Shown in pieces: positions 8,719-16,309 of a stretch of 27,120 nt of DNA. The DNA is from an uncultured Candidatus Saccharibacteria bacterium. Lineage in GTDB: Bacteria > Patescibacteriota > Minisyncoccia > Phycocordibacterales > PALSA-1337. Below the pieces are notes generated by a model, which did no database searches, was not told the origin of the DNA, and saw nothing but the letters and a program-made list of their open reading frames with translations. Location: positions 1 through 27,120 of the forward strand of contig CAZJQW010000003.1 in the NCBI GenBank assembly GCA_964548575.1. Reading direction: 5' to 3'. The first letter of the stretch is position 1; every line of letters begins with the position of its first letter. A program made the position numbers and the translations under genes.

Positions 8719-9804
8719 TTGGCGTTTGTGAAGAATAAGCAAAAAAAAGCGAGATCGACCAAAAAGAAGGCCAATAATGAGCGTGCCAATAAGAAGCCTG
8801 CGAAGAGAGCTGGCCATTTTTGGGCGCACTCGAACAAGCCTTTTTTCGTGATCGCTCCTATGGCCAATGTGACTGATTCGGTTTTTCGAGAGATGTTCGC
8901 AAAATTCGGTGGACCTGATGTGATGTGGACGGAGTTCGTTTCTGCCGATGGTTTGAATTCTGCTGGAAAGAATCACCTCATGCCTGCTCTCAAATTCTCA
9001 AGAAAAGAAAAACCTATCGTGGCGCAACTTTTCACTTCGAAGCCTGAGTCGATGGAAAAGGCCGCAGTTTTGATACACAAACTTGGATTCGATGGACTCG
9101 ATATAAATATGGGATGCCCTGATCGTGCTGTCTTGAGACAAAGATCGGGCGCAGCATTGATCCAAGATCCAATGAATGCGATTGCTGTTCTGAACGGAGC
9201 TCGAAGAGGGTGGGGTAGAGGTGAAGAGGCGAGGATGGCTGTTTCAGTAAAGACAAGGATTGGATATTCAGAGTTGGATTTAAAATGGATTCGAACTTTG
9301 CTAGAGCAGAATTTGCCCGTACTTACAGTTCATCTCCGTACTCGAAAAGAATTATCGGAAGTTCCGGCGCATTGGGAGCTCATGCCAAAGATAGTGAAGC
9401 TTCGAGACAAGGTTGCACCCAACACATTGATAATTGGAAATGGTGATGTGCCGAGCATCGATCACGCTACTCGACTCATCAAGGAAACAGGTTGCGATGG
9501 AGTGATGATAGGTAGAGGAGTCTTTGGCAAGCCATGGTTCTTCGCCAAAGCACACGCAACAAAAACAGAGCGTGCGAAGTTCGAATTGTCTTTCACTCCA
9601 CGAAAGCGTCTCGAAATACTCATCGAGCACGCCAAACTTTACGAGAAGACATTCAAGGGAAAAAATTTTGATATCATGAAAAAGCACATCAAGGCTTATG
9701 TCTCAGGTTGGGACGGCGTGAAAGAATTCCGGATGCGCCTCATGGAAGCGAAGAGTGCGAAGGAGTTGAAGAGGATTGCTAAAGAGGTGAAGTTACCTGA
9801 TTAG
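8719..9804 (+). CDS. tRNA-dihydrouridine synthase; start uncertain (TTG 8719 or GTG 8728)
   Basis: APMANVTD, TEFVS, DINMGCP, SVKTRIG, LTVHLRT, IGNGDV and GVMIGRG. Confidence 0.95.
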   Translation: MAFVKNKQKKARSTKKKANNERANKKPAKRAGHFWAHSNKPFFVIAPMANVTDSVFREMFAKFGGPDVMWTEFVSADGLNSAGKNHLMPALKFSRKEKPIVAQLFTSKPESMEKAAVLIHKLGFDGLDINMGCPDRAVLRQRSGAALIQDPMNAIAVLNGARRGWGRGEEARMAVSVKTRIGYSELDLKWIRTLLEQNLPVLTVHLRTRKELSEVPAHWELMPKIVKLRDKVAPNTLIIGNGDVPSIDHATRLIKETGCDGVMIGRGVFGKPWFFAKAHATKTERAKFELSFTPRKRLEILIEHAKLYEKTFKGKNFDIMKKHIKAYVSGWDGVKEFRMRLMEAKSAKELKRIAKEVKLPD

Positions 9805-9856
9805 ATAATCTTACAAAAACCCTCTGCCATGATCCCTTGTTGAGATTAGTCAAGCA

Positions 9857-10468
9857 CTATTTTCTATTACTCAGCGCATTCCTTATTGTCTCACCGTCTA
9901 CGTATTCCAATTCCGCGCCAGTGGAAAGGCCGCGGCCCAATTCTGAGATTTTTGCGTTTGTAGTGATGCGGCTTATGGCGTCACGTACAATAGTCTCCGT
10001 ATGTTCTCCATCAGAAGTCGTATTCATTGAAAGGATTATTTCTTTAAGGTTTGGTTCGGCTGATATACGTTCGAGCAAGGCCTTTAGTCTTATTCGCTTC
10101 TCGGGTTCTTTGTCGAGAATCGGCACCGTGCCTCCAAGAATGAAGTATAGGCCTTTGTAAGCGCCTGACCTTTCAATGGATTCGAAATCAGAATTGCGTT
10201 CGACGATCAGGAGGATCGATTGGTCACGAGAAGAATCCGTGCAAATTGGGCACTTGGTAGTCTTATGTAATAGATCTTTTTTTAGAAACAGCCTGTGACA
10301 GCTATCACATTCAGCGGTGCCTTTTTTGGCCTCGGTTATCGTGTCAACAAATTCCTTTATGGAAGCCGGGGACTTATTTAAGAGGTAATAAACAAAGCGC
10401 TTGGCCTGGCGCGGCCCTATTCCAGGGAAGTGTCCGAATATCTCTTCTAGTTTGCGCATATTGTCCAT
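9857..10468 (-). CDS. recR: Recombination mediator RecR
   Basis: PGIGPRQAKR, C4 zinc finger (CDSC...CPIC), YKGLYFILGG and GAELEYVD. Start moved to ATG 10468 because a promoter sits directly upstream. Confidence 0.95.
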   Translation of the reverse strand: MDNMRKLEEIFGHFPGIGPRQAKRFVYYLLNKSPASIKEFVDTITEAKKGTAECDSCHRLFLKKDLLHKTTKCPICTDSSRDQSILLIVERNSDFESIERSGAYKGLYFILGGTVPILDKEPEKRIRLKALLERISAEPNLKEIILSMNTTSDGEHTETIVRDAISRITTNAKISELGRGLSTGAELEYVDGETIRNALSNRK

Positions 10469-10474
10469 AAAACC

Positions 10475-10483
10475 AGTATACCA
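10475..10483 (-). promoter_or_regulatory. Extended -10 (TGgTATACT) of recR
   Basis: Ends 6 nt before ATG 10468. Confidence 0.6.
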
Positions 10484-10517
10484 AATATGGCTATATTGCA
10501 CATTTATTTTAATTATG

Positions 10518-10523
10518 TATAAT
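10518..10523 (+). promoter_or_regulatory. -10 element TATAAT of rplU
   Basis: Ends 10 nt before ATG 10534. Confidence 0.5.
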
Positions 10524-10533
10524 GAGTCGCATT

Positions 10534-10851
10534 ATGGAATTCGCAGTCATTGAGACAGGAGGAAAGCAATATACGGTGGGGAAAGGCGATGTTATCACCA
10601 TCGAGAAGCTTTCTGGCGAGCACAAAGAGGGCGACAAAGTCGTTTTCGACAAGGTTTTGCTCGTAGATGACGGCAACAATACTTTTATCGGCACACCTTA
10701 CATCGCCAAAGCCTCAGTCAAGGGAACTATTACTCAGATCGGTCGCGCAGCCAAGGTCATCGTCATCCATTACAAGCAGAAGAGCAGGTATTTCAAGAAG
10801 AACGGACACAGACAGCATTTCTTCAAGGTGAAGATAGACGCTTTGGCATAA
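10534..10851 (+). CDS. rplU: 50S ribosomal protein bL21
   Basis: FAVIETGGKQY and KNGHRQHF. Confidence 0.97.
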   Translation: MEFAVIETGGKQYTVGKGDVITIEKLSGEHKEGDKVVFDKVLLVDDGNNTFIGTPYIAKASVKGTITQIGRAAKVIVIHYKQKSRYFKKNGHRQHFFKVKIDALA

Positions 10852-10897
10852 GAAACAGAAAATAGAAAGCAGAAAATGGAAAATGGAAAAGGAAAAT
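10852..10897 (+). repeat. Degenerate heptamer tract (RGAAARY), about 6 units
   Basis: From 10857: AGAAAAT AGAAAGC AGAAAAT GGAAAAT GGAAAA GGAAAAT, just after the rplU stop. Confidence 0.85.
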
Positions 10898-10910
10898 GGG
10901 GCGAACAGCC

Positions 10911-11077
10911 TTATTTTTGTATATTAGAAATCTCGTTTGTTTTACGGATGAAAGCTTGCAGAAGTTTCTGAATACTTTGAATCTGAGGTTTAATTTGCTC
11001 AAAATCTTTACTGTCTATGTATTTAATGTCGCGTGCGATTATCGATCTTTAAGCTCGGTAAATCCTGTCTTATGCAT
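10911..11077 (-). pseudogene. Internally deleted and frameshifted four-helix-bundle (23S-rRNA-IVP/bAvd-like) gene remnant
   Basis: ATG 11077 gives MHKTGFTELKDR*. A second frame (11042-10911) gives IIARDIKYIDSKDFEQIKPQIQSIQKLLQAFIRKTNEISNIQK*. These resemble the N-terminal F-x-(D/E)-L-K and C-terminal I-A-x-D-L-x-Y-I...L-x-x-(F/L)-I-R segments of that family as I recall it; roughly 65-70 central codons would be missing. Confidence 0.6.
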
Positions 11078-11114
11078 TTATCTGTTTTCTGCTTTCCATT
11101 TTCCACTTTCCACT
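11078..11114 (-). repeat. Degenerate heptamer tract (RGAAARY), inverted relative to 10852-10897
   Basis: Minus strand after the dnaB stop: AGT GGAAAGT GGAAAAT GGAAAGC AGAAAAC AGATAA, then the ATG of the remnant. Confidence 0.85.
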
Positions 11115-12485
11115 CTAAAATCCACCAAAGTCCGCCTTCTCCATACTCATGAATGTGGTCTTCTTGCTGTCGAAGAATAGCTTGACCATGCCTGTTGGAC
11201 CGTTTCTGTGCTTCTCGATGAGGATCTCGGCTTCTTCTTTGCGGCCACCTTGTTCCATATCAGATTCGCGGTGAATGAACATGACGACGTCAGCGTCCTG
11301 CTCGATGGATCCAGAGTCTCGAAGGTCGGAGAGTCTAGGCTTGCCACCACGCTGTTCGACTGCACGAGAGAGCTGTGAGAGAGCGAGGACGGGTACTTCG
11401 AGCTCGCGGGCGAGATTCTTGAGTGAACGAGAGATCTCCGTGACCTGTTGGACCATGTTGTCGCTACTCCTAGTTTGCGTTGGAACCATGAGCTGGAGGT
11501 AATCGACGATGATGAGGCCAAGACCTTTTTCATTTTTGAGCCTTCTCGCGACTGCGCGCATTTTCAAGATATTGTTTCCAGGTTGATCGTCTATATAGAT
11601 AGGAGCTTCGGAGAGCTTGGCGATGGATTCGCCGATCTTCTTGAAATCATCTCCCACTGATAGATTGTGACCAGTGCGGATTTTCCAAGAGTCGACTTGA
11701 GATTCGGCGGCGAGCATGCGGTCTACGAGCTGTTGAGAACTCATTTCGAGAGAGAAGATGGCGACAGGAACTTTGAAGTTCACTGCAGCTTTGCGTGCGA
11801 TGTCTAGGGCGAGGGAAGTCTTACCCATAGAAGGACGTGCGGCGAGGATGATGAGGTCGGACTTTTGGAAGCCGGCGAGCTTGCTGTCGAGCTCGGGGAA
11901 ACCGGTGTGCACTCCTCGAATCTCATTGGTATTCGCTGCAAGGTATTCGAGGCGTTCCCATGCTCCGGACAGTGTATCTTTGAGAGCGATGAACTTGTGT
12001 GAGCCAGTCTTGTTCGTCACTGCATAGAGAGACTTCTCCGCTTTCTCGAGAATGCTGTGAAGCTCTTCCTCTTCTTCGTAGCCAAGGTTGCTTATGTTTT
12101 CCGCAGCTCGGAGAAGCTCTCGCATGATGTGCTTTTTCTGAATGATCTCAGCGTAGTGGACAGCATTCGTCGATGAGGGAACCATCTGAATGAGCTCCGT
12201 GAGCATAGTCATCCCTCCGATCTGCTCTAGCTGTTCTTTTTCTTTGAGACGCGCGGAAACTGTGAGGACGTCGATAGGGGAGCTCTTTGAATGAAGTTCG
12301 AACAAGCACTCCCAAATGATCTTGTGCTGACCCGAGTAGAAAGACTCGGAATTTATGATGTCCATGATATCGTGCATCACATCACCTCTCATCATGACCG
12401 ATCCGAGAAGAGCTTTTTCCGCATCCAGGCTGTGTGGCGGGATCTTGAGATCTTTGGTCTTGAAATAGGGTGAAGCGGTATTCAT
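11115..12485 (-). CDS. dnaB: Replicative DNA helicase
   Basis: PPHSLDAEKALLG, Walker A AARPSMGKT, FSLEMS, IVDYLQLM, SQLSRAVEQR, LSDLRDSGSIEQDAD and KHRNGPTG. Normal length, no intein. Start taken at ATG 12485. Confidence 0.98.
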   Translation of the reverse strand: MNTASPYFKTKDLKIPPHSLDAEKALLGSVMMRGDVMHDIMDIINSESFYSGQHKIIWECLFELHSKSSPIDVLTVSARLKEKEQLEQIGGMTMLTELIQMVPSSTNAVHYAEIIQKKHIMRELLRAAENISNLGYEEEEELHSILEKAEKSLYAVTNKTGSHKFIALKDTLSGAWERLEYLAANTNEIRGVHTGFPELDSKLAGFQKSDLIILAARPSMGKTSLALDIARKAAVNFKVPVAIFSLEMSSQQLVDRMLAAESQVDSWKIRTGHNLSVGDDFKKIGESIAKLSEAPIYIDDQPGNNILKMRAVARRLKNEKGLGLIIVDYLQLMVPTQTRSSDNMVQQVTEISRSLKNLARELEVPVLALSQLSRAVEQRGGKPRLSDLRDSGSIEQDADVVMFIHRESDMEQGGRKEEAEILIEKHRNGPTGMVKLFFDSKKTTFMSMEKADFGGF

Positions 12486-12504
12486 GTAAATTATTGGGAC
12501 ATCT

Positions 12505-12513
12505 ATTCTATCA
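12505..12513 (-). promoter_or_regulatory. Extended -10 (TGaTAGAAT) of dnaB
   Basis: Ends 19 nt before ATG 12485. Confidence 0.55.
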
Positions 12514-12519
12514 CGCACT

Positions 12520-12548
12520 TGCTCTTATCATAGAGCAAAATAAGAGCA
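12520..12548. promoter_or_regulatory. Inverted repeat TGCTCTTAT-N11-ATAAGAGCA, possible operator
   Basis: Lies between the divergent dnaB and pyrD promoters; an extra half-site ATAGAGCA sits in the spacer. Confidence 0.4.
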
Positions 12549-12580
12549 TTTGCGGTGCATATTGTGTGGATATCTCTGTG

Positions 12581-12589
12581 TGATAAAGT
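12581..12589 (+). promoter_or_regulatory. Extended -10 (TGaTAAAGT) of pyrD
   Basis: Ends 8 nt before ATG 12598. Confidence 0.55.
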
Positions 12590-12597
12590 ATAAGACA

Positions 12598-13656
12598 ATG
12601 ATTTACAAAATAGTCCTAAAACCGATGTTCTTTCTATTCGATCCTGAGCTGGTACATGACTTCATGACGGGCTTCGGAATATTACTCGGGTCAAATCCAG
12701 TAGGCAGAGCTTTGACTCGATTGATCTATGGCTATAAAGGGCCGGATATTTCAAAGAATGTAGATGGTATCAGGTTCAAGACCCCTTTCCTTTTGTCTGC
12801 GGGATTTGACTACAATGGGCATCTTTCGCTGATTTTGCCTCAGATCGGATTGGGTGGAGAAGAAATAGGTTCTGTGACTGCGAAAAAGTGCGAAGGCAAT
12901 CCGAAGCCTCGTCTAACTAGGCTTCCAAAATCAAAGAGCATCATTGTCAATAAGGGATTGAGAAATGACGGCGTGGATTCGATCATTTTGCGCCTAAAAA
13001 GAACACCTCGTGAAAAAGATTTTGTTCTCGGTATTTCTATAGCAAGAACGAATGACAAATGCGCCGCTTCGGTAGAGGAGGGAATTGCGGATTATGCGTA
13101 TTCTTTCAAGCGCTTGAATGAAGAAGGAGTCGGCGATTATTATACGATCAATATTTCTTGCCCCAATGCATTTGGAGGCGAGGCATTTACTACTCCAGAG
13201 TTGCTCTCGAAGCTTCTGGATGCTTTGAAATCTATTCCATGCTCCAAGCCTGTCTATATCAAGATGCCCATAAATCTTTCCTGGGACAAATTTAACGAGC
13301 TTTTGAAAGTTATCGATCAAAAGGGGATGCACGGCGTCGTCATCGGCAACCTCAACAAGGACTACGAATCCCTCGATCACCGTTTCGAAGCGCCGGCTCA
13401 CTATAGAGGTGGTCTTTCCGGAAAGCCTTGCAGAAAACCTTCGACTGACCTCATTCGTCAAACTCGCTCTACTTATGGAAGGAGATTCACGATCATCGGA
13501 GTCGGCGGTGTGATGTCTCCCGAACACGCCAAAGACAAATTCGACGCAGGCGCAGATCTTATACAACTCATTACCGGGATGATCTATGAGGGTCCGGGGT
13601 TGATCAGGAAGCTAAACAACCAAGTATCTTATTGGAATTCGAATCTCAAAAATTGA
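12598..13656 (+). CDS. pyrD: Dihydroorotate dehydrogenase, class-2-like scaffold
   Basis: N-terminal extension LFDPELVHD, SAGFDYNG, GSVT, GNPKPRL, NISCPN, GGLSGKP, IIGVGGV and ADLIQLITGMIYEGP. Confidence 0.92.
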   Translation: MIYKIVLKPMFFLFDPELVHDFMTGFGILLGSNPVGRALTRLIYGYKGPDISKNVDGIRFKTPFLLSAGFDYNGHLSLILPQIGLGGEEIGSVTAKKCEGNPKPRLTRLPKSKSIIVNKGLRNDGVDSIILRLKRTPREKDFVLGISIARTNDKCAASVEEGIADYAYSFKRLNEEGVGDYYTINISCPNAFGGEAFTTPELLSKLLDALKSIPCSKPVYIKMPINLSWDKFNELLKVIDQKGMHGVVIGNLNKDYESLDHRFEAPAHYRGGLSGKPCRKPSTDLIRQTRSTYGRRFTIIGVGGVMSPEHAKDKFDAGADLIQLITGMIYEGPGLIRKLNNQVSYWNSNLKN

Positions 13657-14466
13657 TCCAGTCCCATTTGATCTTGGTTTATAATGAATGGATATTCCTA
13701 GTTTGTCCGCTATACATTTTACAGTGATCAGGCCTACACCAGTGCCATTCTTCTTTGTCGTAAAAGGCTCTTCGCCGATAAGGCGCCTTTTAAAGTATGG
13801 AAAACCTACTCCTGTATCTTCTACGCTCAAACATATATGTCTACTTTCGGTCTTTGAATAAATGCTGACCATTTTTTGACCAACACATGGTCCACAAGCG
13901 TCCACGGCATTGTTGATAAGATTGAGTAAAATCTGGTGCAAAAGAGATGGGTGGATCGAGAATAGATGATCTGTCGTGAGGTCTCTAAGCAAAGTATTGT
14001 TCATCCTTGCATTGTATGTAACCAGGTTGAAGCAAGTAGTAGTAGCTGATTTTAAACTCGTAGTCATTTCTCGACCTACCGCCTCGAAATCTAGGCCTTT
14101 CTTTACACTGATGATATATGAACCCAATTGTCGAGCGCTGCTTTGAGCTGTATCTATGACCTCTCTTATCTCATCGATCTTTTCTTGAGAGTTTCCTTCT
14201 AGCCGTTCTATTGTAAGAGCGATGGCTTGGAGTGGGCTCATGATGTCATGGATGACACCTTTTGATAATGATCCAAACTCAACCGCCGGTCCGAGTTGTG
14301 CTATGTACTTGTTTCGAATCCTGCGATTCTTATTGTTTAGCTTTCTTTGCTTTGTAAAGTTTGAAAAAAAGGGAAAAAGAATACTGCGCGAGATTCTAGC
14401 TCTGCGCGCAGTAGCCAAGAATTCATCACACGCCTGCCTGCTTAAAGTGAAGAATTTTTCTTTCAT
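13612..14466 (-). CDS. Histidine kinase core (HisKA + HATPase_c) with no sensor or TM region
   Basis: H-box HDIMSPL, N-box QILLNLINNAVDA, G1 EDTGVGF and F/G2 PFTTKKNGTGVGL. An in-frame TGA lies 69 nt upstream of the ATG. Confidence 0.85.
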   Translation of the reverse strand: MKEKFFTLSRQACDEFLATARRARISRSILFPFFSNFTKQRKLNNKNRRIRNKYIAQLGPAVEFGSLSKGVIHDIMSPLQAIALTIERLEGNSQEKIDEIREVIDTAQSSARQLGSYIISVKKGLDFEAVGREMTTSLKSATTTCFNLVTYNARMNNTLLRDLTTDHLFSIHPSLLHQILLNLINNAVDACGPCVGQKMVSIYSKTESRHICLSVEDTGVGFPYFKRRLIGEEPFTTKKNGTGVGLITVKCIADKLGISIHYKPRSNGTGSIFEIRIPIRYLVV

Positions 14467-14642
14467 CTTTTTAACCCGGTCGCGACCACTTTTTTGAAGC
14501 TGATCCAGATGACTGGATAGGGGAAATGCTTTTCATCGTGATTAGTGTGACTTTTAATGTTATGTCGACTCATAACGACTTCAAAATAGCAGTATAGAGT
14601 GAAATCGAAATCAAATTGGCTTAAATTATCCATAAAGTGAGA

Positions 14643-15332
14643 TTAACGATTTGATTTCAAAGATCGTGACTGGATGATATACCCTCTCCCTGGGATGTTC
14701 GATATGAGATCAGGCCTGTGTTTGGCATTTATCTTCTTTCTCAAGTTTCTGATATGTGCCTCGACTGTGTTGGAAAAAGGATTGCTGTCAGCAGACCAGA
14801 CATGTTCTATAAGAAGAGCTCTAGAAAGTACAGAACCAGAATTTCTGACCATGAACTCTAGAAGGTTGTACTCCTTTCGTGTTAGAGGGATTAATGATCC
14901 TGCTCGATATGCTAGCTTCTTCTCCATATCAATGACCAAGTCTCCGAGCTCCATAGTCTGCTTTGCTATTTCGCGTGGCCTTCTCGTCAAAGCTCGGATA
15001 CGAGCGAACAGCTCTTTGAAAGTAAAAGGCTTTGTCATATAGTCATCTGCTCCTGAATCCAGAGCCGATGCTTTCATGTCAGTATCATCCTCTACGGATA
15101 AGAAAAGGACTGGAGTCGAAATTCCAGTCCTTCTTAGTTCTTGGCAGACCTCGATGCCGTTTCTCTTTGGTAGCGAGTAGTCGAGGATGACCAAGTCGCA
15201 GGCAAAGCTTTTTGCGAGGAAGAGTCCTTCTGACCCGTCTCCGGCGACTTCTACGATGTATCCTTCTGAAGTCAGACCGAGCCGGATCATATCGGCAGTA
15301 TTTCTATCATCTTCTATAATCAGTATCTTCAT
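14643..15332 (-). CDS. OmpR/PhoB-family response regulator
   Basis: KILIIEDD, phospho-acceptor DLVILDYSLP, ADDYMTKPF, LTRKEYNLL, VEAHIRNLRKK and PGRGY. TATACT (15348-15343) ends 10 nt before ATG 15332. Confidence 0.95.
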   Translation of the reverse strand: MKILIIEDDRNTADMIRLGLTSEGYIVEVAGDGSEGLFLAKSFACDLVILDYSLPKRNGIEVCQELRRTGISTPVLFLSVEDDTDMKASALDSGADDYMTKPFTFKELFARIRALTRRPREIAKQTMELGDLVIDMEKKLAYRAGSLIPLTRKEYNLLEFMVRNSGSVLSRALLIEHVWSADSNPFSNTVEAHIRNLRKKINAKHRPDLISNIPGRGYIIQSRSLKSNR

Positions 15333-15366
15333 GTCGAAACTTAGTATACCTAAATAGTTTTGGAAG

Positions 15367-15386
15367 TTAAGCCTAAAAAGGCTTAA
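15367..15386. promoter_or_regulatory. Inverted repeat TTAAGCCT-AAAA-AGGCTTAA
   Basis: Perfect 8-bp arms between the divergent regulator and rpsB promoters. Confidence 0.35.
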
Positions 15387-15409
15387 AATCGTGGATAACA
15401 GGTGCATAA

Positions 15410-15438
15410 TTGACTAATAACCCTTATTCTGATAACTT
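15410..15438 (+). promoter_or_regulatory. Sigma70-type promoter of rpsB
   Basis: TTGACT(15410-15), 17 nt, then (TGa)TAACTT(15433-38), ending 11 nt before ATG 15450. Confidence 0.6.
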
Positions 15439-15449
15439 TGAGCTTACAT

Positions 15450-16142
15450 ATGGATACAAAAAAGACTATCGAGACGATGTTCGAAGCGGGAGCTCATTTC
15501 GGCTTGGGACGTTCGAGGAGACATCCTTCAGTGGCTCCTTACATTTTTGGTACAAAGAACAGCACGGATATTTTTGACCTTGAGAAGATCGAAGGGATGC
15601 TCGCAAAAGCCAAAGAATTCATTGCAGGGCTTGCAAAAGAAGGCAAGATCGTACTGTTCGTCGGAGGCAAGAAGGAAGCTTCAGCAGCCGTCAGGAATGC
15701 CGCTCAGTCTATAAATATGCCTTACGTAGACAGCAGATGGATCGGAGGCACTATCACGAACTTTGGACAGGTCAGGAAGCGTATCGACCGCTACGAAAAA
15801 CTTGTTGGAGACCGCGAAAAAGGCGAGCTTGCAAAATACACCAAGCGCGAGAGGATGCTCATAGACAAAGAGATAGCTTCTCTCGAGAAGATGTTCTTCG
15901 GAATAGTCTCCTTGAAGAAAGCACCAGACGCTCTCGTCATAGTTGACCCTCGCCACGAGAAGAATGCAATAAAGGAGGCTGCAGATTTCAATATTCCTGT
16001 TATCGCATTGGCAAGCTCAGATTGCAATATTGGAGGGATCGCTCATCCTATAGTGGGTAACGACGCTGCGAAGGCCAGCATCCAATTCTTTGTAAACGAG
16101 ATCGCACAGGCATATCACTCGGGAAAGATAGCTAAGGCATAA
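15450..16142 (+). CDS. rpsB: 30S ribosomal protein uS2
   Basis: MFEAGAHFG, RWIGGTITNF, AIKEAADFNIPVIAL and GNDAAKASI. Confidence 0.98.
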   Translation: MDTKKTIETMFEAGAHFGLGRSRRHPSVAPYIFGTKNSTDIFDLEKIEGMLAKAKEFIAGLAKEGKIVLFVGGKKEASAAVRNAAQSINMPYVDSRWIGGTITNFGQVRKRIDRYEKLVGDREKGELAKYTKRERMLIDKEIASLEKMFFGIVSLKKAPDALVIVDPRHEKNAIKEAADFNIPVIALASSDCNIGGIAHPIVGNDAAKASIQFFVNEIAQAYHSGKIAKA

Positions 16143-16309
16143 GATAGTATATAATCATGATAGGACCTGTAATCATATCCTCACTTTTACGCGATGGAGA
16201 TGAAGGGAATAAGCGTGCAAAGAATTTGGGGACGAAACAAACAGAAAAGAAACCCGAAGCAAAGCCCGAGACTCCTAAAGCTGAAAATGATAAAATAAAC
16301 AAAAATAAT

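Noticed and set aside
10896-11180. 94-aa plus-strand ORF from the track
   Set aside because: It overlaps the dnaB 3' end and runs through the pyrimidine tract; the minus-strand remnant explains the interval better.
11115-12485. Intein or intron in dnaB, gyrB or topA
   Set aside because: Protein lengths and motif spacing are normal, with no splice-junction or LAGLIDADG motifs.
14559-14658. Short inverted repeats between the regulator and the kinase (GTTATG-N6-CATAAC; GAAATCAAAT-N32-ATTTGATTTC)
   Set aside because: They are short and AT-rich, with no T-tail or promoter context; they are plausible by chance.
12565-15399. DnaA-box-like 9-mers (12565 TGTGGATAT, ~14626 TTATCCATA, ~15390 CGTGGATAA) as oriC
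   Set aside because: They are isolated one-mismatch boxes spread over ~3 kb, with no cluster, no DUE and no dnaA/dnaN.
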